Positions 37,565 to 49,530 are shown, numbered from the stretch's first letter. The stretch: 64,000 bases of DNA from Mobula hypostoma (GCF_963921235.1 NC_086097.1:558001-622000); one strand, 5' to 3'. The notes: generated by a model from the letters alone, not told the origin. Made by a program: numbers and translations.

Positions 37565-38160
37565 GTTTTGGACCACAAGCTGCCAGCAGGAGCTTGCTGC
37601 AGCAATGGGTAAAGTCTGATACTTTCCAGAGAATTGGGTTGATCAACAGCACCCAGTGCACAATGGATGTGTGACTGTCACTTCCTATGATCCATACATG
37701 GATTTTGTTGGAGTACCCTGTGGCAACCACCTTTGTTAACCCTTACATGGTTGCGGGTATGTTATGTGGTAACCACTTGAGCTAAGGGTTATTCCGCGAC
37801 TGTCACCTTGTCATATTTCTATGTGGATTTCGGGACGACTCGACCGATAAGATCTTCGGCGACTGTTACTTTAGTGTGGAACCTGTGGAATTCTTCGTAA
37901 TCGCCTCCTCTCTACATTTTAATGTGGATTTACAAGTTTCTCCCTCACTTATTCCATGGATTACTGGATCTTTCTAGTTTGCTAACTTAAGACTTTAAGA
38001 ACTGTTTCTAAGATTGACAGTTTTTTAACATGCACATGACACCGTTAACTTCTGTTTATTCCATTTGATTTTCTATATTTTTGAGTAGATAGTAATAAAC
38101 ACAGTGTTTTAACATTAAAACCTGACTCAATTTGTGATCTATTGCTGCTGGTACGTAACA
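37354..38160 (+). repeat. 3' LTR of the Gmr1-like element (807 bp), with an internal (GA)n(GT)n microsatellite at ~37456-37562
   Basis: PPT gggggagg immediately upstream. 8-bp inverted ends TGTTACGT...ACGTAACA. AATAAA near 38095. Confidence 0.85.
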
Positions 38161-38550
38161 CCTGGCATTCAGGAGAATGAGGGGGGATCTCATAGAAACA
38201 TACCAAATGTTAAATGGCCTGAACAGATTAGATATGGCAAAGTTATTTCCCATGGTAGGGGAGTACAGGACAAAAGGACAAGACTTAAGAATTGAAGGAT
38301 ATCCATTTAGAACAGAGGTGCGGAGAAATTACTTTAGTCAGAGGGTTGTAAATCTGTGGAATTTGTTGCCACGAGTGGCTGTGGAGGCCAAGTCATTGGA
38401 TGCACTTAAGGCAGAGATAGATAGGTCAAAGGGTATGGGGAGAAGGCAGGGGAGTTGGGAAGACTGGAAGAATTGGATCAGCCATGATTGAATGCCGGAG
38501 CAGACTCAATGGGCTGAATGGCCTACTTCTGTTCCTTTCTCTTATAGCCT
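38161..38550 (+). mobile_element. CR1 3' fragment
   Basis: ORF 38177..38491 MRGDLIETY...FSQRVVNLWNLLP. Confidence 0.85.
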
Positions 38551-38744
38551 TATGGACACGATATGTGGTGGGGGAAATGCTAAGTGGTGAGAGCAGGGTA
38601 TGGGGGTTCACAGTTTGTATTGTGGGAACACTTTGGGGGTCATTGTTAGTATTGAGGGTATGCACTGGTGGGTGTACACAGTAAGTGGTGGGGTACACTG
38701 TGGGGTAACCCGGTAAGTGGTGTGGGTACATGATGGACATTTTA

Positions 38745-41407
38745 AGAGGTGGTCTGGCAGTTGTGCTGGGGTCCTGAATGACTCCTCTGAATTGTGTTTT
38801 TGAAAAGAGAGAGAGAGAAGTGCCCAACACAAACATCTTGTTGAAAGGAAAGACAGACAGTTATTGAACACCGACATCTTGCTTTTAAGAGAGAGAGAGA
38901 GGCAAAGACAGCTTTGGATGATGTTATCGGTTTTCTGTAGCTTGTTTACATTTTTACAAGGACACTGGTTTCAGCTTCTGTATTCTTACAGAGAGAGAGG
39001 GGAGGAGCTGCTTGAGTGACAGTTGGTATTCAGCACGGGGAGATAATTAGAAGGTCAGATGATAAACGGGAGACACATGGTTTTGGACACTGAATGAGCT
39101 TTGTTGTGCCCACAGAAAAAGTGGGTTTTGGAGGATCGATCAGGTGGATTGATCAGTGGCTCTCGCAGTGTGAACAGGGAGTGACCGGTGGGAAGTTATT
39201 AGTGTGTCCACCCCCTCGCCTGGGTTGATAACTCCACCACAGAAGACGGTCCCCTTGTGTGGTCACATTCGGTGACTTCAAAAGGATTTTGGAGGACAAC
39301 GAAGAAATGATGGCATCAACTTACCTGAAGAACTAAACACCTCTCTCTCTCTCCAACACTGCTCAACTAAACACCACGAACTTAACCGATTCCCTTTACC
39401 CATCATTGTAAGGCTGTATCCATTTACCGCCTCAGCTTGAAGAAGCTTGGGTCTATTATTTCCACACTTATATATAATCATTGCTACCTGTCTGGTACAG
39501 GTTTCCCCCGCCAACCGAAGGTAGAGCGTTCCTATGAAACGGTTCGCAAGCCGGAATATTTATATGGGAAAAATTTGTGAGCGTTCGCAGACCCAAAAAT
39601 AACCTACCAAATCATGCCAAATAACACATAAAACCTAAAACAACAGTAACATAATAGTAAAAGCAGGAATGATATGATAAATACATAGCCTATATAAAGT
39701 AGAAATACTGTTCTACAATCATTGTCTGCACTGTTCTCTGTAGCAAAAATCTCACGCAAGCGCTGTCGGCAAAAACACAGCGCAAGCGCTGTTGGCAGAA
39801 ACACTCTCTCCAGTAACCTCTAAGCTATGAAGCCAACCAGCCAAATCATACCAAATAACACATAAAAATACACAACCAATATAAAGTAGAAATAATATAT
39901 GTACAGTGCAGTATCACTTACAGGAATCGGGAAGACAGTGCCAAGCACACTGATAATGGCGTGTTAGGCTGAGTCGTCGGAGGTTGGGGTGGTGCAGTGG
40001 TCCCCACCCTCCAGGCCGCCGACCGATACACTGCCGCGAAGCATGCAGGAGTCCAGCAGTAGCCGGGATGCACCCAGCACATCTTTAAGAAAAAAGCCGA
40101 AATAAACTAGCTAATTAATTAGGTGCCGCCCGGCACGTAACTGTCGGCCCAGATCAGAGGTGACACAATCGGCAATCGCCTCTGATCTGGGCCGACATTT
40201 ATGTGCCAGGCGGCACCTAATTAATTAGCTTGTTTATTTCGGCTTTTTTCTTAAAGATGTGCTGGGTGCATTCCGGCTACCGCTGCATTCTCCGCGGCCT
40301 GGGGGTTGGAGTGGTTTGTTTCCATCAGGGCAGGAAGGTCATCTTCTTCTATGTCTGCCTGCCTTGATGTCGAGGTCGAGGTTCGTCGTCTGCTGCGGCT
40401 GATGTGGAAGGCTTGCTTGACTGCTTAGCCTCGCGCATTTTTCTATCATACAGTTCTTTGTAAGCACTCAAACCATCCTGCAAATATGCCCTAAACCTAC
40501 GTACCCTTTCAAAATTAAAGTCATACTTTATCATTGCAGTGAAAATCTCACGCAGTTGCTTCACATTCAGTTACTGGACGACTTCACTTTCGGTCCGTTC
40601 GCTACTACATTTGGTTTCGATTGTTATCCTTTCCTCTTCCAATTGCATCAGCTCTTCATCTATCAGTTCTTGGTCATGGGATGCCAAAACCTCTTCAACA
40701 TCATCTTCATCAACTTCCACAAGCCAAACTCACTTTGTCCTTACTGCGTTCTCCACAATCGAAATGCTTAATTATGTCTAGTTTTACGCTAAGTGTAACA
40801 CCCTTACGAGCTCTTTTAGGCTTTTCTGATACCTTAGAACTCATCTTGCAAATGGATGCTCACAGGCACGTGTTTAAGCAACGCCGGCAAGAATGCAGTT
40901 CCGAATCCGGGGGAGAGCAGCTGCTCGGGGCGCACGCTGCTTTTTTTTTCACATGCTGCCTTTTCCCCTAACAGTTCCTGCCTGTGGCCATTGAACGTGC
41001 AGCTCCTCCCGTGGAGGGTCGGACACCCTGGGCCAATAGACTGGTCCTGGACTTATTTTCCACCTGGCATAGTTTGCATTTTGGTGTTTGATTGTTGTGG
41101 TTTTTGTATTGCTATATTTACGCTCTATTCTTGGTTGGTGCGGCTGTAACGAAACCAAATTTCCCTCGGGATTAATAAAGTATATCTATCTATCTATCTA
41201 AAACACCTTCTGTTAGCGAAAACAGGTAACTAATGTAGGTCTTTCGTAACAGTGAGGTTTCGTAAATCGAACGTTCGAAAAGCGGGGGACATCTGTACAC
41301 CTGAATTTTTATTACTGTATTGCGTAGTTACTAATAAACGAGCTTTACTGAATAGCAATGCCAGACTCCAAGTGTTTTCCATTTCTGCTGGTTCTTTAAC
41401 CCGTTAC
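38745..41407 (+). mobile_element. Probable solo-LTR remnant split by the Tigger element
   Basis: Ends aataaa...ctgctggttctttaacccgttaca, similar in layout to the LTR end at 38095-38160. 5' end not defined. Confidence 0.45.
39498..41295 (-). mobile_element. Tigger/pogo-like DNA transposon, internally deleted
   Basis: TA|CAGGTTTCCCCCGC ... GCGGGGGACATCTG|TA imperfect TIRs. Transposase C-terminal relics on the minus strand (GFVEVDEDDVEEVLASH, YDFNFER...YKELYDRK). Contains a LINE 3' fragment with (TATC)n tail at ~40970-41199. Confidence 0.82.
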
Positions 41408-41545
41408 ACCTTACACACAGAAGTCGTCTCTATGTCCCCACAAAGAAGATCAGTGAAAGAACCTAACAGTAAACTGTCAGCATTTGTGTCACCCTCCTTC
41501 AAGACGCCAATGGTATGGCGCTTCACTTATTCCACAGAAAGTTAC

Positions 41546-41632
41546 CTGGTCAGTCCCAGAGATGGCAGGATGATCACCATGAAAACCAGGAAGAAGTAAC
41601 ACTTGTGCATTGTCACCTGGTTCTCCGTGGAT
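41546..41632 (-). CDS. TMEM63C: TMEM63 internal coding exon, 87 nt
   Basis: tttcag|ATCCAC...ACCAG|gtaac; (R)[28 protein letters not shown](S). Phase 2 to 2, in frame with both neighbours. Confidence 0.93.
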
Positions 41633-41661
41633 CTGAAACATAAATAATTGCCATTACACCA

Positions 41662-42626
41662 TTTGTCTTTCGAACATCGTTCATATCTGACCAACCAACA
41701 TATCAACTGTCTGTCAAACATCGTTCATATCTGACCAACCATCACATCAACTGTCTGTCAAACATCGTTCATATCTGATCATCACATCAACTGTCTGTCA
41801 AACATCGTTCATATCTGACCAACCATCACATCAACCGTCTGTCAAACATCGTTCATATCTGACCAACCATCACATCAACTGTCTGTCAAACATCGTTCAT
41901 ATCTGACCAACCATTGCATCAACTGTCTGTCAAACATCGTTCATATCTGACCAACCATCGCATCAACTGTCTGTCAAACATCGTTCATATCTGACCATCC
42001 ATCACATCAACTGTCTGTCAAACATCGTTCATATCTGACCAACCATCACATCAACTGTCTGTTGAACATCGTTCATATCTGATCAACCATCACATCAACT
42101 GTCTGCCAAACGCGGTTCATATCTGACCAACCATCGCATCAACTGTCTGTCAAACATCGTTCATATCTGACCAACCATCGCATCAACTGTCTGTCAAACA
42201 TCGTTCATATCTGACCAACCATCACATCAACTGTCTGTCAAACATCGTTCATATCTGACCGACCATCACATCAACGGTCTGTCGAACACAGTTCACATCT
42301 GACCGACCATCACATCAACTGTCTGTCGAACACAGTTCATATCTGACAAACCAACACATCAACTGTCTGTCAAACACGGTTCATATCTGATCAATCATCA
42401 CAGCAACTCTCTGTCAAACATCGTTCATATCTGACCAACCATCACATCAGCTGTCTACTGAACACGGTTCATATCTGACCAACCATCACATCAACTGTCT
42501 GTCAAACATGGTTCATATCTGACAGACCAGCACATCAACTGTCTGTCGAATACGGTTCATATCTGACCAATCATCACATCAACTGTCTGTTGAACACAGT
42601 TTATATCTGATCAACCATCACATCAA
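41662..42626. repeat. 44-bp minisatellite (aacatcgttcatatctgaccaaccatcacatcaactgtctgtca), about 21 copies; continues at ~43253-43325 and ~44527-44643
   Basis: Units start at 41673 and 41717. Head-to-tail, with no unique spacers. Confidence 0.95.
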
Positions 42627-43252
42627 ATTTTAGTTTAAGAGCCAAGAGGTAATGTTGCATGAGGTTGAGTTTAAGAGCCGAGAGGTAATGCTGCAGCTAT
42701 ATAGGACGCTGGTCAGACCCGACTTGGAGTACTGTGCTCAGTTCTGGTCGCTTCACGACAGGAAGGATGTGGAAGCCATCGAAAGGGTGCAGAGGAGACT
42801 TACAAGGATGTTGCCTGGATTGGGGAGCATACTTTAAGAGAATATGTTGTGTGAACTCAGCCTTTTCTCCTTGGAGCGACGGAGGATGAGAGGTGACCTG
42901 ATAGAGGTGTATAAGATGATGAGAGGCATTGATCGTGTGGATAGAAAGGCTTTTTGCCAGGGCTGAAATGATTGCCATAGGAGGACACAGGTTTAAGGTG
43001 CTGGGGAGTAGGTTCAGAGATGTCACGGGTAAGATTTTTACTCAGAGAGTGGTGAGTGCGTGGAATGGGCTGCCGGCAATGGTGGTGGAGGCAGATAAGA
43101 TAGGGTCTTTTAAGAGACTTTTGGATAGGTACATGGAGCTTAGAAAAATAGAGGGCTATAGGTTAGCCGAGTAATTTCTAAGGTAGGGGCATGTTTGGCA
43201 CAACTTTGTGGGCTGAAGAGCCTGTATTGTGCTGTAGGTTTTCTATGTTTCT
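42627..43252 (+). mobile_element. CR1 3' fragment inserted in the 44-bp array
   Basis: [31 protein letters not shown]; ttctatgtttcta tail. Confidence 0.88.
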
Positions 43253-43325
43253 ATCAACTGTCTGTCAAGCACGGTTTATATCTCACCAGCCATCACATGA
43301 ACTGTCTGTCGAACATGGTTCATAT

Positions 43326-44526
43326 TTAAGTAATTTTCCATATATACAAGATTCTGACCTGTTAGACATTATTTTAAAAATAAATCCTTTTGTGAAAGGT
43401 TTTATTGGGAAAATTTATAATTTACTATTACAACAGTATAATTATCCTTTTCTTAAGATTAAGCAAGATTGGGAAAGAGAGCTTAACATGACCTTGATAA
43501 CAGAGGATTGGTTGCGAATTTTGAAGTTGGTTAAATCTTCTTCGATTTGTGCCAGTCACTCTCTAATTCAATTTAAAATTGTACATCGTTACTATTTGAC
43601 AAAGGAGAGACTGTCTAAAATGTTTCCTAATGTTGATAGTCAGTGTGATAGATGTAAAACTGAGACAGCTATATTGACACAAACAACAGGAACGAAGGGT
43701 CTCAGCCTGAAACGTCGACTGCACCTCTTCCTAGAGATGCTGCCTGGCCTGCTGTGTTCACCAGCAACTTTTATGTGTGCGGCTATATTGACACATATGT
43801 TTTGGTCGTGTTCTGTATTGAAACAGTTTTAGAAATCTATTTTCTCTACAATTTCTAAAGCTTTAAAAATTAATTTACAACCTCATACATTGATAGTTCT
43901 GTTCGGTATAATTCCTCAATATATTCACGGTATTTCTATATCAGACCAACATGTGATTGCATTTGTCACATTATTGGCCAGAAGGGCTATTTTACTGAAA
44001 TGGAAAGATGCCTCTGCTCCCACTTTGATACAATGGTTCTCTCAGGTGATGTTATGTTTTAGTTTGGAGAAAATTAGAAGTTGAACTTTTGATCCTCGAT
44101 TTGACTTTGAGAAAAGGTGGGGTTCTCTTGCCCGCTATTATCATTTGATCCGAGTTAATTAAGATGGTCCCCTTCTGATTCTTGTGTAATTGGTTTTGGT
44201 TGGCGGATTGATGTTTTCCTTTTATGGAAGCTTGTATGGCGTATAGCTCCGGGGTTGTGCTCCCAATGGGTTTTTTTCTCATTTTTTTTTGATTAGTAGG
44301 TTTTTTTTGTTTTAGTTAGTAGGGGTTCTTTTTTCCTTCTTTCTTTTTTCCAAAAAAATAATAGTTTTAACATTTTTTCTTATTATTATTGGTATACTGT
44401 TTAGCTTGGTTAATCAGTTATTTGATAGTTTAACTCTTATTGTATATATTGATATGTTGATTTAACTACTTTAATGTATTTTTTGTTGATTTTCAATAAT
44501 AATTAATAAAAAGATTTAAAAATGAA
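43326..44526 (+). mobile_element. 5'-truncated L1/Tx1-like LINE inserted in the 44-bp array
   Basis: LIQFKIVHR...CDRCK...HMFWSC, T-rich 3' UTR, AATAAA. Probable ~29-bp TSD (43297-43325, 44527-44555) sharing the rare atgaac unit variant. Confidence 0.85.
43682..43781 (+). mobile_element. Penelope-like mini-insert with truncated hammerhead
   Basis: 14-bp TSD gctatattgacaca (43668-43681, 43782-43795). cgaagggtctcagcctgaaacgtcgact lacks the CTGA part of the core. Confidence 0.85.
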
Positions 44527-44863
44527 ATGAACTGTCTGTCAAACATGGTTCATATCTGACCGACCATCACATTAACTGTCTGTCAAACATGGTTCATATC
44601 TGAAAGACCATCACATCAACTGTCAGTCGAACACAGTTCATATTGGCATCTAAGGAGATGCCAATCAACATTAGGAAAGTTAAAATCACCCATCACACAA
44701 CCCTATTATTGCACTGTTCCAGAATCTGCCTCCCTATCTGCTCCTTGACATCTCTGTTACTATTGAGGGATGGTCTATGAAAAAACACCCAGTAGATTTA
44801 TTGCCTCCTTTCTGTTTCTGACTTCCACCCATAATGACTCAGTAAACAATCCCTTCATGACTT

Positions 44864-46687
44864 AAACACGAGGAATTCTGCAGATGCTGGAAATTCAAGC
44901 GACACACATCAAAGTTGCTGGTGAACGCAGCAGGCCAGGCAGCGTCTATAGGAAGAGGTACAGTCGACGTTTTGGGCCGAGACCCTTCATCAGGACTAAC
45001 TGAAAGAAAAGCTAGTAAGAGATTTGAAAGTGGGAGGGGGAGGGGGAGATCTGAAATGATAGGAGAAGACAGGAGAGGGAGGGATGGAGCCAAGAGCTGG
45101 ACAGGTGATTGGCAAAAGGGATATGAGAGGATCATGGGACAGGAGGCCCAGGGAGAAGGAAAAGGGAGGGGGGGGAAACCCAGAGGAGGGGCAAGGGGTA
45201 TAGTCAGAGGGACAGAGGGAGAAAAAGGAGAGAGAGAGAAAGAATGTGTGTATATAATTAAATAACGGATGGGGTATGAGGGGGAGGTGGGGCATTAGCG
45301 GAAGTTTGAGAAGTCAATGTTCATGCCATCAGGTTGGAGGCTACCCAGACGGAATATAAGGTGTTGTTCCTCCAACCTGAGTGTGGCTTCATCTTGACAG
45401 TAGAGGAGGCCATGGATAGACATGTCAGAATGGGAATGGGATGTGGAATTAAAATGTGTGGCCACTGGGAGATCCTGCTTTCTCTGGCGGACAGAGCGTA
45501 GGTGTTCAGCAAAACGATCTCCCAGTCTGCGTCGGGTCTTGCCAATATATAGAACGCCACATCAGGAGCAACGGACGCAGTATATCCCCCCAGCCGACTG
45601 ACAGGTGAAGTGTTGCCTCACCTGGAAGGACTGTCTGGGGCCCTGAATGGTGGTAAGGGAGGACGTGTAAGGGCATGTGTAGCACTTGTTCCGCTTACAC
45701 GGATAAGTGCCAGGAGGGAGATCAGTGGGGAGGGATGGGGGGGACGAATGGACAAGGGAGTCGCGTAGGGAGTGATCCCTGCGGAATGCAGGGGGGGGGG
45801 GAGGGAAAGATGTGCTTAGTGGTGGGATCGCGTTGGAGGTGGTGGAAGTTACGGAGAATTATATGTTGGACCCGGAGGCTGGTGGGGTGGTAGGTGAGGA
45901 CCAGGGGAACCCTATTCCTAGTGGGGTGGCGGGAGGATGGAGTGAGAGCAGATGTACGTGAAATGGGGGAGATGCGTTTAAGAGCAGAGTTGATAGTGGG
46001 GGAAGGGAAGCCCCTTTCTTTAAAAAAGGAAGACATCTCCCTCGTCCTAGAATGAAAAGCCTCATCCTGAGAGCAGATGCAGTGGAGACGGAGGAATTGC
46101 GAGAAGGGGATGGCGTTTTTGCAAGAGACAGGGTGAGAAGAGGAATAGTCCAGATAGCTGTGAGAGTCAGTAGGCTTATAGTAGACATCAGTGGATAAGC
46201 TGTCTCCAGAGACAGAGACAGGAAGATCTAGAAAGGAGAGGGAGGTGTCGGAAATGGACCAGGTAAACTTGAGGGCAGGGTGAAAGTTGGAGGCAAAGTT
46301 AATAAAGTCAACGAGCTCTGCATGCGTGCAGGAAGCAGCGCCAATGCAGTCGTCGATGTAGCGAAGGAAAAGTGGGGGACAGATACCAGAATAGGCACGG
46401 AACATAGATTGTTCCACAAAGCCAACAAAAAGGCAGGCATAGCTAGGACCCATACGGGTGCCCATAGCTACACCTTCAGTTTGGAGGAAGTGGGAGGTGC
46501 CAAAGGAGAAATTATTAAGAGTAAGGACTAATTCCGCTAGACGGAGCAGAGTGGTGGTGGAGGGGAACTGATTAGGTCTGGAATCCAAAAAGAGGCGGAG
46601 AGCTTTGAGACCTTCCTGATGGGGGATGGAAGTATATAGGGACTGGACATCCATGGTGAAAATAAAGCGGTGGGGGCCAGGGAACTT
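44864..46687 (-). mobile_element. Penelope-like element, 5'-truncated (RT, GIY-YIG endonuclease, 3' region with hammerhead at 44962-44997)
   Basis: ORF 45722..46732: TMDVQSLYTSIP, GVAMGTRMGPSYA, FLRYIDD, YYKPTDSHSYL. YIG.TRRRLGDRFAEH encoded near 45500-45550. Confidence 0.92.
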
Positions 46688-46689
46688 AG

Positions 46690-46907
46690 CAGAAAAGCCA
46701 GGACCAACAGGCTCCGCGACAGCTTCTTCCACCAGGCCATCAGACTGATGAACTCACGCTGATTTGAGTGTACTCTATATTACATTGACAGTTCTAATTA
46801 TTATAAATTACTATGATTATGCACATTGCACATTTAAATCCAGATGTAACGTAAGGATTTTTACTCCTCATGCATGTGAAGGATATAAGAAATAAAGTCA
46901 ATTCAAT
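46690..46907 (+). mobile_element. Rex1/Babar-like 3' end
   Basis: Matches 10495-10726; ends aataaagtcaattcaatt. Confidence 0.75.
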
Positions 46908-46971
46908 TGACTGGGAATCCCAAACTGTAAAGTGACTGGATTTGATAGAGTTGGTCAAATGTGTTCAGGAA

Positions 46972-47851
46972 AAAGCATCTAGAGCTCTCCCGGCATATAT
47001 GACGAATAAACTCTTCTCGGACTTCCAGCCAGGTACAGGTATCGAATATAACCAAAGTTTCAATGACAAACTCTGCCATCTTCATCAGGGATGATGCCCG
47101 GGCATGTTTACTGTGGCCTGTAGTCCATCCCTCCAGATTGGTTAGTTCTCATTTAATCCGGCTTCCGCTCTCCCACCTTGTTTACAATCGAATTTGTCAG
47201 CCCTCTTGTCTCCTAATGATTGGGGGTACATCAATAGGTACATGACTGCCCAAGGTGAACTAGTTTCACAAAGGAACTCCTGCAAGGCAGGTCAAGAAAT
47301 ACAACAAACTACCCAAAGAAAGTGCAGCCATCCCACAATTAGACCCAAAAAGGATAGTCATCAATCAAACTGGGCAAAGCATCAATGAGGCAACAAGATC
47401 ATTCCTTGCCAAGGGTCTAAACTTCACTGTAGTCCCCAGAGCTGTACCTTATCGGGACTACACTGGCGGACTGGAACAAGCAATCTGAAAACCACCACTG
47501 GATACCGTGCATTTGCAATGGCCATAGGATTGACTTCGACGGCACAAAACTACTGTTCTGCACCAATGGTTTTTGGGACTGCCTAGTTAAAAAAAGCCAT
47601 TGAAATAAAGCTGGAGGAAAAGAATTTTAACAAAGATGGAGAACTGGAATTTGATTGTAAACAAGGTGGGAGAGCAGAAACCAGATGGATGAGAATGAAC
47701 AAATCAGAAGGGACAGACTACAGGGGTATAAATACCACCAGAGAAGACATGCACAGGCATCATCCCTGATGAAGATGGCAAAATTTGTCATTGAAACATC
47801 AGTCAAAATCAATACCTGTACCCAGCTGGAAGTCCCAGATATGTTTATTCA
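46972..47851. mobile_element. Second Penelope-like family: inverted terminal copies (~46990-47195 minus, ~47645-47845 plus) around an endonuclease C-terminal relic
   Basis: 10-bp TSD tgttcaggaa (46962-46971, 47852-47861). HRIDFDGTKLL and AIEIKLEEKNFNKDG relics. CTGATGA-stem-GAAAC cores at 47057-47088 (-) and 47766-47797 (+). Confidence 0.75.
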
Positions 47852-49530
47852 TGTTCAGGAAGGTTTCCTTCATCAATACGTAGAAGTCCCAACAAGAGAG
47901 CATGCAATACTGTGTCTGCTATTAGAGAATGAGACAAGGCAGGTGACAGAAGTTTGTGTAGGGGAACTCCTTGCATCTAGCGACCACAATGCTAGTAGTT
48001 TCAAAGTAAATATGAAAAAAGATAGGTTTGGTCCACGGGTTGAGATTTTAAACTGGAGTAAGGCCAGTTTTGATGGTATCAAAAATGATGTGGCAAGTGC
48101 GGATTGGGACAGGCTCTTTTCTGCCAAAGGTTTACCTTGTAAGTGGGAAGTTTCAAAAGCAAAATTTTGTGAGTACAAAGCTTGGATGTGCCTGTCGGAA
48201 CAAAAGGTAAACATAACAAGTGTAGGGAACCTTGGTTTTCAAGAGCTATTGATGCCCTGGATAAGAGAAAAAAGGAGGTGCATAGCAGCTACAGACAGGT
48301 AGTATCAAATGAGGTGCTTATGGAGTATAAGAAATGCAAGAGAGAGCTTCAGAAAGAAATAAGCAAACCTAAAAGAAAGCATGATGTTGCTCCAGCAGAC
48401 AAGGTGAAAGGGAATCTTAAAGGATTCTCTGGATATGTTAAGAGCAAAAGGATTGTAAGGGACAAAGCTGGTCCTCTGGCAAATCAGACTGGTAATCATG
48501 TGTGGAGCCAAAACAAATGGGGAAGATCTTAAGTAATTTTTTTGCATCTGTATTTACTCAGGAGATGGACACAGTCTATAGAAATGAGGCAAAGCAGCAT
48601 CAACTTCATTGACCCTGTACAGATTATAGAGAAGGAGGTGTTTTCTATCCTGAAGCAAATCAAGGTGGATAAATCCCTAGGGCCTGACAAGGTGTTCCTT
48701 TGGACCCTACAGGAGGCAAGTGCAGAAACTGCCAGGCACCAAGCAGAGATACTTAAATTATCCTTAGCGACAGGAGAGGCATCTGAGGATTGGGGGATAG
48801 CTAATGTTGTTCCATTGTTTGAAAAAGGGTCTAAACACAAACCAGGAAATTATAGCCTGCTGAGTCTGACATCAGTTGTGGGAAAGTTATTGGAAGGTAG
48901 TCTAAGGGACAGAATATGTAAGTATTTGGATAGACAGGGACTGATTAAGGATAGAGAGCATGGCTTTGTGTGTGGTAGGTTATGTCTAACCAATCTTATA
49001 AAGTTTTTCGAGGAAGTTACCAGGAAAGAGGATGAACCAAAGCAGTGGATGTTGTCTACATGGACTTTATAGCAAGGCACTTGACAAGGTTCCGCATGGG
49101 AGGCTGGTGAAAAATGTTCAGTCTCTGGGCATTCAAGATAGGGTAGAAAATTGGATGAGACATTGGCTTTGTGACTGAAGCCAGAGAGGGGTAGTAGATG
49201 GTTACCTCTTTGACTGAAGGCCTGTGACTAGGGATCAGTATTGGGTCCATTGTTGTGTGTCATGTGTGTTGCTGTGTACTCCCAAATCCCTCTATTCTAC
49301 CACACTCCTCAGTGCCCTGTCTGTCACCGTGTAAGACCTACCCTGGTTTTCCCTCCCAAAGTGCAACACTTTACACGTATCTGCATTAAATTCAATCTGC
49401 TATTTTTCAGCCCATTTTTCCAACAAGTCTAGATACTGCTAAAAGCTTTGATAATCTTCCTCGTGGTTCACTACATCCCCAGTCTTGGTGTCATTTGCAA
49501 ATTTGCTCATGCAGTTTACCATCAAGGAAA
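47852..49530 (+). mobile_element. Old CR1 ORF2 fragment with an inverted distal piece (~49260-49530)
   Basis: [34 protein letters not shown]. Confidence 0.85.

Noticed and set aside
37388..37730. His/Thr- and Ser/Leu-repeat ORFs
   Set aside because: Translations of the (GA)n(GT)n microsatellite.
41662..42626. CRISPR-like array
   Set aside because: Head-to-tail 44-bp units without unique spacers, no cas genes, vertebrate intron context.
43191..43832. Novel chimeric 213-aa protein
   Set aside because: Chance read-through of a CR1 tail, satellite units, L1 and an in-frame 114-nt PLE insert plus TSD.
45722..46732. 336-aa ORF as an intact gene or telomerase-like RT
   Set aside because: It is a truncated Penelope RT. 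The N-terminal MEEAVAEPVGPGFSAK comes from the antisense strand of an adjacent Rex1-like tail.
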